A stretch of DNA of 28,521 nt, taken from NCBI GenBank assembly GCA_003166335.1, contig PMWA01000067.1, positions 39,450 through 67,970 on the forward strand. The letters are read 5' to 3'. The DNA comes from Methanobacterium sp. (GTDB lineage Archaea > Methanobacteriota > Methanobacteria > Methanobacteriales > Methanobacteriaceae). The translations under genes and the position numbers were made by a program. This document shows, in pieces, positions 18,747 through 28,118 of this stretch. The notes beneath the pieces were generated by a model. It was given only the letters and a program-made list of their open reading frames with translations. It was not told where the DNA came from and searched no databases. Numbering within the stretch: position 1 is the stretch's first letter; each line of letters begins with the position of its first letter.

Positions 18747-19711
18747 TTCACCGTCTCCACCATTACTTTCAATTTAGAATATGCTGCCTCTCGAGATCGT
18801 AATCGCATACCACAATCTGGATCAGCTATTAAATTTTCTTTTCCCACGAGTTCCATACCTTTTTCTATGATACTTGCTACTTGTTCTTTAGTTTCTACAG
18901 TATTGGTTTTGGTGTCGATACAACCCAATCCAATCTTTTTACCTTTTAAATTAATGTTTTCCAGCGCTTCTAAATTTTTGTTTTGATCGGCGAATTCACA
19001 GTCAATTATGCTTACTTTAAATCTTAAAAGATCATCTAGCACCTCTGATATTGGCCCGCAGACATGTATACTGGTTGGTTGAAGTAAATCACTGACTATT
19101 ATCCCAATTGCTTTATTAGCTGTTTTTAGATCTGCAATTCCAGTGGAGAGAAATGGTTCATCAATTTGTATAACTGCAGCACCTGCATTTTGAAGATATT
19201 CAGCTTCTTTTTTAAGAGCCCCTGCTATGTCAATTATGGCTTTATCTTTTTCATCTTTATTATAAAATCCTTCTATTCTACTGGATAGTGCTAATGTGGT
19301 GGGTCCAGTTATAATTGCCTTAATTCCTTTAAAGTTATCCTGGAATTTATTTCGGTATAGAATCTGTAAATCATTTTTAAAATCAGATGATAATTTTTTT
19401 GCTGTTTTTAAAGCCACTTTTATATCTGAAGCTCCTATTGAATAGGGTGCTGGTTGTATTTTCCCAATGATTATGGGTTTTCCATCCGTGGTTATCATAC
19501 CTGGTATTTCTTTTGCAAACACCTCTAGCATGTTTCCTCTTACCTGACCATCAGATATTAAATTCACACCAGCCTTTACTTGATCTTGTACTGCTATTTC
19601 CAAAGCTGATTTGTAGGCATCATAACTTCCCATATAATTGGAAATCTTCTCCATTATTGATAATGGTAGCCGGGAAAATGAAGGGTAACTTCCTACTACA
19701 GTAGTTAACAT
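18734..19711 (-). CDS. metE: Core (single-barrel, MetE C-terminal-like) methionine synthase / methylcobalamin:homocysteine methyltransferase
   Basis: TTVVGSYP, SDGQVR, ITGPTTL, IQIDEP, and Zn ligands HVC and DPDCG. ATG at 19711 is preferred. Confidence 0.92.
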   Translation of the reverse strand: MLTTVVGSYPSFSRLPLSIMEKISNYMGSYDAYKSALEIAVQDQVKAGVNLISDGQVRGNMLEVFAKEIPGMITTDGKPIIIGKIQPAPYSIGASDIKVALKTAKKLSSDFKNDLQILYRNKFQDNFKGIKAIITGPTTLALSSRIEGFYNKDEKDKAIIDIAGALKKEAEYLQNAGAAVIQIDEPFLSTGIADLKTANKAIGIIVSDLLQPTSIHVCGPISEVLDDLLRFKVSIIDCEFADQNKNLEALENINLKGKKIGLGCIDTKTNTVETKEQVASIIEKGMELVGKENLIADPDCGMRLRSREAAYSKLKVMVETVKWLS

Positions 19712-20015
19712 TTTAAATACCAAATTTATTTTCTATTATAAAAATTAAAATTAAAGCGTTTATAGATGATTTTATAGTTTAAGATAATACTAATTTTTAA
19801 TTTAAATTATTATCTTATTTTTATTTATGATTCAAGATTTAAGTTTATGTGGGGGGCCTAAAATAAGTTTTTAATTAAAACAAAAAATTGTTTAATTATT
19901 TGACTTATTATTAAGTAGAAAAAAATGGTTTATTTAATTTAAAATAATAAGATTAGAGGAGTAAAATAATTAAGGATAAAATAGGACAGTATTATATTCC
20001 TAGTTTAAACTAACA

Positions 20016-20333
20016 TTATTTTTTGTAAGGATTAATGGCTAAAGATCTGATATTCTTAATTTCTTCTTTTTTCACTGGTAATTCTATCACTGCTGTCCCA
20101 TAGCAGGGTTTAGTGTAGGATAAAGTAACTGTATCCTTATCTTCATTGATTCCAATTGGAACTGGAGGTATTCCTATAATTCTTACACCTAATATCTTTG
20201 CTCCAGCATCAACATATACTACTTGAGGGGCGTGATCTTCTATGAATTTTTTAGACTCTTTAAAACCCGCCTTAGAGATGAGTATCTCATAATTTTCAGA
20301 TTCCTGTAAATACGTATCAAGACAGAATGACAT
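20016..20333 (-). CDS. DUF1894-family methanogen protein
   Basis: MSFCLDTYL...GVRIIG...YTKPCYGT; paired with the upstream DUF1890 gene. Confidence 0.82.
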   Translation of the reverse strand: MSFCLDTYLQESENYEILISKAGFKESKKFIEDHAPQVVYVDAGAKILGVRIIGIPPVPIGINEDKDTVTLSYTKPCYGTAVIELPVKKEEIKNIRSLAINPYKK

Positions 20334-20336
20334 TTA

Positions 20337-20801
20337 TTATTCCCCCAATTGCTTAATTGCTCTGTCAAATTTAACTTTTAAAGGTGTAGGATTATGATAA
20401 GCCCTGGCCGATACAATAGTCGTCTCAGTGCTTTCATTAAGATCTTCTATAAATTTCTTGAGTAATTCTGCATCCCTTTCAAAAACCACAGCCATTGAGG
20501 ATTTTATATTTAGAATATGATAGAAAGTTACAAAATATGAAACAGCTGCATCTTTATGCACAAATCCTAAAAGAAAGTCAAAAGAATTTTCCACTAAATT
20601 ATTTAAACATGTTTCTATGTCTATCTTATTTTTAATGTAATATTTCAGGGGATCCGTAACCTCCAATAATTTCATGGCCGACGGCGTACTAGCCACGGTG
20701 ACTTCATAACCCAAACCAGTGAGTTTATATGTAGCATATACTGCCATTGGTGTTTGAGCAGGTGCTTCAGGGCATCCTAATAATATCAAAGCCTTTTTCA
20801 T
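20337..20801 (-). CDS. DUF1890-family methanogen protein
   Basis: MKKALILLGCPEAPAQTP...FVHKDA...AYHNPTPL; SD AGGAGG. Confidence 0.85.
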   Translation of the reverse strand: MKKALILLGCPEAPAQTPMAVYATYKLTGLGYEVTVASTPSAMKLLEVTDPLKYYIKNKIDIETCLNNLVENSFDFLLGFVHKDAAVSYFVTFYHILNIKSSMAVVFERDAELLKKFIEDLNESTETTIVSARAYHNPTPLKVKFDRAIKQLGE

Positions 20802-20831
20802 ATATTTTCCCTCCTAAAATCTATTTTCTCC

Positions 20832-21917
20832 CTAATTTCTCTTTATTAGTAATACATGTCCCAATACCATGGCACCCAAGAATAAAAAGGTTACCAAAGC
20901 TGTTCCATTGATATCACGGTTAATTATGAAGAGACCTACCCAAGCTTGGCTTATAAATGCTGTTATAGCACCTATAAGTAGGGCTTCTCTCCCTAATAAA
21001 CTTTTATTACCTTTTTCTCTTTTCTCCCTATACTGTCTTAGCATTTTCAATCCTATAATTAAAACTGCTACAATATACGCGACAAACAGGAACATTATAA
21101 TATAACCGAAATCATAGCCATAACCAAATATTCCGGGCACAAAATAATCTATAACATCTTTTTTACTAACTAAAATACCATAAAACGTGGGGTAAGGTAA
21201 TCCGAACAATGTAATCAGATTTATAGGTAGGGATATATATCCATCAGCGAATCCTGCAGTAGCATTTCCCCAATAAGAAGAAGCAGGATTATGACCTATG
21301 AGATAAGCATTTTGAAGTACCATCGTAATGCTGGCTGCAGAGTTTAGATCAAGTCTAGCCAGCCTTAAAACAGGGCTTAACACTGGTAAATTTAATAATG
21401 TGGATAAAACTTGGAAAAACCCGAAAGCACCCAATATAGCAATGAAAACCATCCCTGCTCTTTTAATTGTTAACACCGATTTTCGGCGGAATGATTTTGA
21501 TAAGATAAAGAATCCAACTAGAAGCCCTAAAATCCACATACCTAAGAAATCTCTGTGAACCGTTCCCCCCACAAGTGCTATAAGGATTATCAAGAGTATT
21601 ACAAAGTTTCTTAAACTTCTGGTGTTTATGCCCACATCATCCATTATATAAATAGCAGCTAAACACGTTACAACTGAAAACAATGCAAGAGCACCATAAG
21701 GATGAGTAAACTCGTGAGCACTTAAGTTAGGTGCAATCAATGAAATGGCATCAAATCCAAATAGAAGAGTTAATCCAATACTAAGTATTAGTGCAATTAA
21801 TAACACGAAACTTAAAGATAAAGGAACTAAATTCAAAAACAACATAACCCCAATAGTTAATAATACAGCGAATTCTACTATAAATTGGAAATTATTTTGA
21901 GCTATTAAAAAGGGCAT
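20832..21917 (-). CDS. Uncharacterised polytopic membrane protein (about 9-10 TM helices)
   Basis: 361-aa ORF with repeated hydrophobic helices and one long less-hydrophobic loop; SD GAGGT; 30 nt upstream of the DUF1890 gene. Confidence 0.88.
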   Translation of the reverse strand: MPFLIAQNNFQFIVEFAVLLTIGVMLFLNLVPLSLSFVLLIALILSIGLTLLFGFDAISLIAPNLSAHEFTHPYGALALFSVVTCLAAIYIMDDVGINTRSLRNFVILLIILIALVGGTVHRDFLGMWILGLLVGFFILSKSFRRKSVLTIKRAGMVFIAILGAFGFFQVLSTLLNLPVLSPVLRLARLDLNSAASITMVLQNAYLIGHNPASSYWGNATAGFADGYISLPINLITLFGLPYPTFYGILVSKKDVIDYFVPGIFGYGYDFGYIIMFLFVAYIVAVLIIGLKMLRQYREKREKGNKSLLGREALLIGAITAFISQAWVGLFIINRDINGTALVTFLFLGAMVLGHVLLIKRN

Positions 21918-22117
21918 AAAATTTTTACCTCACATTATAAATCTTATAAATTTGATTATTTCACTTTTTAAACGTAAATAAAAAAATATTATTCTAAAAC
22001 TTTTAAAATAATTTATATAAACTCATAGACTTATAAATTTATAAACTTTATCTAAACGAGTTGTAAAATATATTATTTAAATGAATCTATTAAAAAGTTT
22101 TATTCTGAACATTTAAT

Positions 22118-22550
22118 CTAGGAGTTGCAGAATATTACCATGTGATCTTCGAAGCCATTATAATCTTTAACCGCATTTACACCATTGATCTGTATTACAT
22201 TAAATTTTCTGGTCTAGCAATTAAATAAATTCTATTACATCCTTTTATCAGCATTATATTCCGGAATTTCCATATTAAAGCCTTAGCTAGACCTTTTTTC
22301 CTCCACTCCGGGGATACACATGAAAGATGTATATAAGCATCCTGTAGATTTTCTTGGGATATAAATCCCAGAAGAAAACCAATAATTTCATCTTCTGCTG
22401 TTTCTACAACCAAAGATGTCTTTTTAAAGAATTAGTGAATATATGGTAAATAGAATTTCTTTCAGTGACCATAGGGGGACATTTAGGAGCTATTTCTGCT
22501 ATCTTTAAAAAATCTTCTTCTTTAACGCTTCTTAAGTGAAATTCTTCCAT
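22118..22550 (-). pseudogene. GNAT-family N-acetyltransferase broken into three frames
   Basis: SD GGAG plus ATG 22550 gives MEEFHLRSVKEEDF...ERNSIYHIFT. A -1 shift near 22425-22433 leads to KKTSLVVE...IIGFLLGF...AYIHLSCVSPEWRKKGLAKAL (acetyl-CoA motif), which stops at 22195. The C-terminal piece NVIQINGVNAVKDYNGFEDHMVIFCNS* lies in another frame ending at 22118. Confidence 0.85.
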
Positions 22551-22583
22551 TTATCTATCTCCATCAGGATTTAAAGCATTAAC

Positions 22584-22591
22584 TTTAAATA
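22584..22591 (+). promoter_or_regulatory. Putative TATA box for tRNA-Ala
   Basis: TTTAAATA about 27-34 nt upstream of the tRNA 5' end. Confidence 0.5.
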
Positions 22592-22617
22592 ATATCAAGT
22601 CAAATGAATTAACATAA

Positions 22618-22690
<73 letters not shown>

Positions 22691-22802
22691 CTACTAATTT
22701 AAATAAATTAAACAAATTAGCTGATTTTAACAATTAAATAATAGATATTAATTATAGTTAATTTTATTTTAATGATATTAAAAAACATCTTAAAATCAAT
22801 AT

Positions 22803-23825
22803 TTAATTAAATATTCCATAAATATTATCTATCATAATATTTAGCAAATCATCCGTTTTGATCTTTTTTTCACTATTATGATTCATAAGAAGCTCTAATG
22901 CCATATCCACTACTTCATCAACGTTATTGGATCTCTTCATGACTCCTTTATTAATATAAAATCCATCAACTGCAAGAAGTTTTCCAGGATAACATGATAT
23001 TACAGGAGTTCCAAGAAGAGCTGCTTCACGATTCATAGTTCCACCTGCACCAATAACCAGATCACATCTTTTCATTAAGCTGAATGAATCTACTGGCGGT
23101 TTTATAATAGTAATATTCTCATTATCTGTAAATATTTCTTGCTGCTCCTTGAAGCGGGGTATCATCAATATATTAGCATAATCCCCTAAAATATCAATTA
23201 TCGGAGAAAGTACCGATTTCGTACAGTCAGCGTCAAGATAAGAAGCAAGTACTGGTTCTGGTCTCATTAATATGGTTTTATCCTTCTTTAAATCTAGATC
23301 TAAATCATTAAAAATAGAAGGATTATAGTGAAAATCATTAAAATGGATCACTTCAGATGTACCATTATACCTAACCAGAGAATTAGGTTCCGCACCAGTT
23401 TTTAATAAATCCCACACATCCATGACCTTAGGAATTACAATTTTATCACAGAGAGGTAATGTAAGTTTATTAGCAGCTATAGCGTGTTCATTATCCAGAA
23501 CGTAAACACTGGGGATTCCTAATCCAAAAGAAACTCTAGGAAGCTCGATCGAATGTTTTGATACTGCAATGTCCGGTTTTTCCTTTGCTATTATTTTTGA
23601 AAGTTTATAGACTCTTTCAGTGCTCCTTAATAATTTTTGTTCTAAAGTAGCACCATGACTACCCACTTTAGTGTATTGAATATTGAATATATCCAGAAGC
23701 TGAAGAACATCCCCAAATTTACGGGCAGTTATGAATACCTCTTCGCCTTCCTTCTCTAAAAATTTGATGATACTCTTAAAAAACCAAGCATGAGGTGCGT
23801 TTACGATGTCGATCCAGATTTTCAA
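22803..23825 (-). CDS. DUF354-family protein (GT-B glycosyltransferase/epimerase-like fold)
   Basis: MKIWIDIVNAPH...FF, DNEHA, ILMRPEP...ASY and IGAGGTMNREAALLGTP motifs. Confidence 0.88.
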   Translation of the reverse strand: MKIWIDIVNAPHAWFFKSIIKFLEKEGEEVFITARKFGDVLQLLDIFNIQYTKVGSHGATLEQKLLRSTERVYKLSKIIAKEKPDIAVSKHSIELPRVSFGLGIPSVYVLDNEHAIAANKLTLPLCDKIVIPKVMDVWDLLKTGAEPNSLVRYNGTSEVIHFNDFHYNPSIFNDLDLDLKKDKTILMRPEPVLASYLDADCTKSVLSPIIDILGDYANILMIPRFKEQQEIFTDNENITIIKPPVDSFSLMKRCDLVIGAGGTMNREAALLGTPVISCYPGKLLAVDGFYINKGVMKRSNNVDEVVDMALELLMNHNSEKKIKTDDLLNIMIDNIYGIFN

Positions 23826-23838
23826 TTAATCCACCTAT

Positions 23839-24492
23839 TTATTTATTCATAAAGTTTTCAATAACATTTATGATTTCATCCACACCTTTTCCCGTCTTTA
23901 AACTACTTTTTATTACAATCGCATCTGGATTAAGCATTCTAGCATCAGAAACCATTTTTTCGTCGTCAGCATCAACTGCCTCGGCGATATCTACTTTGTT
24001 AATAACTACTAAATCTGCGTCTTTAAAGATTAGTGGATGTTTCTCCACGGTATCATCACCTTCACTAACGCTCACCACAACCATTCGAATATGGCTGCCT
24101 AAATCAAAATCCACAGGACAAATAAGATTTCCCACGTTTTCGATGAATAAGAGATCTATCTTTTCCAATGGCAAGTCTTCCAAGGCATGTTCCACTAAAT
24201 GAGCATCTAGATGGCATTCTTTACCTGTATTTAGGCCTACTACAGGTACTTCATATTGTTCGAATCGATTTGCATCAAACTTGCTAATTACGTCGCCAGC
24301 TATAACTCCTATTTTAACATTCATTTTTTTTATAAGAGATTCTATTAGGGATGTTTTGCCTGAACCTATAGCTCCTAAAACATCCACTGCAAAAACATCA
24401 GATTTATCAAGTATTCTCTGATTTCTCTTAGCTAATTTCTTATTCGCTAACATTATGTCATGCTGTATTTCTACTTCTGCAATTTTATGCAT
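23839..24492 (-). CDS. hypB: Hydrogenase nickel-incorporation GTPase HypB
   Basis: GAIGSGKT, NTGKECHLDA, ENVGNLICP, EGDD...KHP and NKVD motifs. ATG 24492 follows SD GAGTGA. Confidence 0.97.
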   Translation of the reverse strand: MHKIAEVEIQHDIMLANKKLAKRNQRILDKSDVFAVDVLGAIGSGKTSLIESLIKKMNVKIGVIAGDVISKFDANRFEQYEVPVVGLNTGKECHLDAHLVEHALEDLPLEKIDLLFIENVGNLICPVDFDLGSHIRMVVVSVSEGDDTVEKHPLIFKDADLVVINKVDIAEAVDADDEKMVSDARMLNPDAIVIKSSLKTGKGVDEIINVIENFMNK

Positions 24493-24493
24493 T

Positions 24494-24865
24494 TTAATCA
24501 CTCTTCTCTATTTTAATATTTTTAACGTTACATTCTCGTCCTGCTGTAACCTTTAAATCCCTTTCACCACATTGAGGACATTTAACAATTATTAAATAAT
24601 GATCAGAATCATCTAAATTTGTTAATCCTTTATAATCACATGATTTACATTCTATTTCTACTGGAATTTCTTCTATATGAATTTCTGAATCCTCTAATAG
24701 TGTATCTTCCGTTAAAACTTCTAATAAAAATATAAGTTGATCTGGATTTAACATGGTGAGTTTGCCTATTTCTATAGTAACTTCTAAGATTTTTTCTGCT
24801 TGATTTTTCTCTGCAGCTTCTAATATTGTTTTCACCATAGCATCTGCCATGGAAAGTTCGTGCAT
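24494..24865 (-). CDS. hypA: Hydrogenase maturation nickel metallochaperone HypA
   Basis: MHE Ni motif and two CxxC motifs (CKSC, CPQC), then GRE. Confidence 0.97.
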   Translation of the reverse strand: MHELSMADAMVKTILEAAEKNQAEKILEVTIEIGKLTMLNPDQLIFLLEVLTEDTLLEDSEIHIEEIPVEIECKSCDYKGLTNLDDSDHYLIIVKCPQCGERDLKVTAGRECNVKNIKIEKSD

Positions 24866-25399
24866 TTTAGGCCACCTATCCTCTTTAATATTAGTAAATT
24901 TTTTTTTAAGTTCAATAAAAAATTCATTTTTATTTAAACTATCGATATATACTCTTAAAAAAAAGAATACATTAATATCTAAATAAGATTTTTTTTTATA
25001 ATAAGCTTCATTATAAAATTCATTGAATAAAAAAAATTTGCAAATTTAAATGTACTTTTAAATACTAGAATTTTAGTTTATAAATAGATACAATATTTTA
25101 CATTATTTATATCACTTATTAAACTTTATACTTTTTATAAAATATTATTTGATTAAAATGAAAATTTTGATATAAATCTAAAAAGTATAAACACTTGATT
25201 ATTATGAATTAATGATGGATTTATATAAAGTAAAATCCTTTTTCTATAAAATTAATCAAATTAAGTCTATTATGTTATGTGTAAATAACTCTATTTAATA
25301 ATGAGATTAAAAAGTATTTTATAAACAATAATATGTCTGATTAATATTTATAAGAGTCTATTATAAAGATATAATAATCCATAAAAAGGAGTTAAAACA

Positions 25400-25549
25400 G
25401 TGTCGGTAAATATTAAGGAAGCTAATCTGCAAGCAATAACTCAAACTATTGCCTACATGGAAAAAAAAGATGATTATGATGAATACATTCTTGAAAAATT
25501 AAAAGAAGAACGCAACAAACTTTTAAAAGAATTAAATGTGTCTTTATAA
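25400..25549 (+). CDS. Small 49-aa helical hypothetical protein
   Basis: SD AGGAG (25387-25391) then GTG: MSVNIKEANLQAITQTIAYMEKKDDYDEYILEKLKEERNKLLKELNVSL*. Below the ORF-track cutoff. Confidence 0.75.
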   Translation: MSVNIKEANLQAITQTIAYMEKKDDYDEYILEKLKEERNKLLKELNVSL

Positions 25550-25639
25550 CATTAAAAAGATAAGAAAAGAAGGCAAGCATTAATGTAACAAAAATTTTTA
25601 AGAACAATTTTGAATATTGAATATAAATTGGTGATTTTT

Positions 25640-26500
25640 TTGATAATCGGAGGATCTGCTTCGCAAAAACTGGCTGCAAAAGTTGCATGGGAGTTAGGTG
25701 AGACTCTTTGTCCCATGGAAACCCGTAAATTTCCTGATGGAGAACGATATATTAGAATAGGAGGAGAAGTAACTGACAATGCAGTTGTAATCCAATCAAC
25801 TGGTTATCCACAGGATCAAAACTTAATAGAATTATTTTTAATTCTTAAAACTCTTAAAAGCATGAATATTGAAAATGTGAAGGTTGTGATTCCATATTTT
25901 GGTTATGGGAGACAAGAGAAACGTTTCAAGAAGGGTGAATCAGTTTCAGCTGCGGTGATTGCACAATTAATCGAAGCTGCAGGAGCATCAGAGTTCTATT
26001 CTATAAATTTACATGAGAATGGAATATGTGACTTCTTTGATATTCCCACTTATAATATATCTGCAATGCCCCTCATAGCGAATTATATTGGAGAAAGATG
26101 TGAAAATCCCTTAATAGTTGCTCCAGATAAAGGCGCTCTTCCATTTGCAAAGGAAATCGCAGAGTTGCTGGAATGTGAATTTGACCATCTAGAGAAAACC
26201 AGATTATCTCCGGATAAAGTAGAAACAAAAACAAAAAATCTGGATGTTAAAGGTAGGGAAACTATCATAATTGATGATATTATAAGTACTGGTGGTACTA
26301 TTGTTAATGCTGCAAATATTTTAAGACAACATAAGGCAGATAAAGTTGTTGTCTCATGTATTCACCCCGTACTTGTAGAAGATGCTTTACTTAAAATATT
26401 CACAGCTGGTGTGGATGATGTAATCGCCACTGACACTCTAAGGTCTGATGTGAGTATGATTTCAGTAGCTCCGCTAGTGGCTGAAGCCCTACAAAAATAA
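25640..26500 (+). CDS. prs: Ribose-phosphate pyrophosphokinase (archaeal type)
   Basis: FPDGERY, PYFGYGRQ, APDKGA and IIDDIISTGGT motifs. SD GGTGA favours TTG 25640. Confidence 0.97.
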   Translation: MIIGGSASQKLAAKVAWELGETLCPMETRKFPDGERYIRIGGEVTDNAVVIQSTGYPQDQNLIELFLILKTLKSMNIENVKVVIPYFGYGRQEKRFKKGESVSAAVIAQLIEAAGASEFYSINLHENGICDFFDIPTYNISAMPLIANYIGERCENPLIVAPDKGALPFAKEIAELLECEFDHLEKTRLSPDKVETKTKNLDVKGRETIIIDDIISTGGTIVNAANILRQHKADKVVVSCIHPVLVEDALLKIFTAGVDDVIATDTLRSDVSMISVAPLVAEALQK

Positions 26501-26528
26501 AATTTAAATTATTAAAAAAAATTAACTT

Positions 26529-28118
26529 TTATGATTTTTTATTTGCAGGTTCCATGTTAACAGATCTGCCTTTTATTTTACTACCCCTCATTTCTGAGAG
26601 AACACTATTAGCACTATTTTCTGGAATCTCAACAAACGAGAATTTATCATAAACATCTATTTTACCTATAACACTGCTGGAAAGACCGGTTTTATCAGCT
26701 ATAGCCATTATTAAATCTTTAGCTTTAACTCTATCTTTACGTCCAACATTCATGAAAAATCTTACCATATCAGGACGTGCACCAGTATCACCAAATCCTT
26801 CAGGTGAACTATTAACATTTACAATATTATTCTCCCTGTTCATAGTCATTTTAACTAAAGCTGCTGCAATTTCAACCGAAGTATAGTCTTCTTCAATCAC
26901 TTTCTCTACGATATGGATCTCTTTTTCAAGATCTTCAGTATTTATTATGTTTTTCATATTTTTAAGGAATAAATCTGTCTTAACTTCCTGAACATCTCTT
27001 AGTGAAGGAATCTCCTGTTGCTCTATTTTAGTCTTAGTGTATCTTTGTATATTTCTAAGCTGGTAGATCTCCTTCCCTGAAACAAAAGTAATAGCTTTGC
27101 CTTTTTTACCAGCTCTACCTGTTCGTCCAATTCTGTGAACATAATATTCATCATCATTGGGTACATCGTAATTAAACACCACTTCTATGTCTTCCACGTC
27201 AATTCCCCTAGCAGCCACATCAGTTGCCACTAAGACATCAATCTTTCCATTTCTGAACTTAGACATGACCCGATCTCTCTGTTTCTGTGTTAGATCACCG
27301 TGTAAACCATCTGCTAGGTATCCTCTTACTTGAAGATGACCTACTAATTTATCAACTCTTCTTTTAGTGTTACAGAACACCAGGGAAAGATTAGGATTGT
27401 ATAAATCCAGTAACCGGGATAATAAATCCAGCTTCATTTTTTCCTTAACTTCAAAATAAATTTGCTGAGTTTCTGGAACCGTAAGCTCCTTAGGTACAAC
27501 CTTCAAAAATTCCGGGTCTCTTTGAAATTTTCGAGCTAAATTTAATATGTCACGGGACATGGTAGCTGAAAATAGTAATGTCTGCCTATCTTCTGGAGTA
27601 TCTCTTAATATAAACTCAATATCCTCCCTAAATCCCATATCCAACATTTCGTCAGCTTCATCTAACACTACGATTTTCACGTAATCCATTTCAAGTGTTC
27701 CACGCCGCATGTGATCCATTAATCGACCAGGGGTACCTATAATAATCTGTACACCTTTATTTAACGCCTTAATTTGTCTATCTATTGGTTGGCCACCGTA
27801 AATCGGTAGTACCTTAATTTTCTTCATGAATTTAGATAATGTCCGGAGTTCCTCTGCAACTTGAATAGCTAATTCTCGGGTGGGACATACTACTACGGCC
27901 TGAAGGGTGTTATCATCCGGATCCACCATCTCTAAAAGAGGTATTCCAAATGCTGCGGTTTTTCCAGTTCCAGTTTGAGCTTGACCTATCATATCTTTTC
28001 CTTCCAATATACATGGAATAGCTAGGGACTGGATAGGTGTAGCTTCTTCAAATCCCATATCTAAAACCGCTTTCTCGATATGGCTGGAAATATTTAAATC
28101 TTTAAATTGTTTCTGCAT
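26529..28118 (-). CDS. DEAD-box RNA helicase with C-terminal DbpA-type RNA-binding domain (DeaD/CshA-like)
   Basis: Q motif, AQTGTGKT, PTRELA, TPGR, DEAD, SAT, ARGID and HRIGRTGRAG; C-terminal RFFMNVGRKD...IGKIDVYDKFSFVE. Confidence 0.96.
   Translation of the reverse strand: MQKQFKDLNISSHIEKAVLDMGFEEATPIQSLAIPCILEGKDMIGQAQTGTGKTAAFGIPLLEMVDPDDNTLQAVVVCPTRELAIQVAEELRTLSKFMKKIKVLPIYGGQPIDRQIKALNKGVQIIIGTPGRLMDHMRRGTLEMDYVKIVVLDEADEMLDMGFREDIEFILRDTPEDRQTLLFSATMSRDILNLARKFQRDPEFLKVVPKELTVPETQQIYFEVKEKMKLDLLSRLLDLYNPNLSLVFCNTKRRVDKLVGHLQVRGYLADGLHGDLTQKQRDRVMSKFRNGKIDVLVATDVAARGIDVEDIEVVFNYDVPNDDEYYVHRIGRTGRAGKKGKAITFVSGKEIYQLRNIQRYTKTKIEQQEIPSLRDVQEVKTDLFLKNMKNIINTEDLEKEIHIVEKVIEEDYTSVEIAAALVKMTMNRENNIVNVNSSPEGFGDTGARPDMVRFFMNVGRKDRVKAKDLIMAIADKTGLSSSVIGKIDVYDKFSFVEIPENSANSVLSEMRGSKIKGRSVNMEPANKKS

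Noticed and set aside
22031..22044. Perfect palindrome TTATAAATTTATAA
   Set aside because: A/T-only sequence in a very AT-rich spacer; likely chance or overlapping TATA elements.
24866..25000. NikR operator upstream of hypA
   Set aside because: No convincing dyad with NikR-like half-sites and spacing could be identified by eye.
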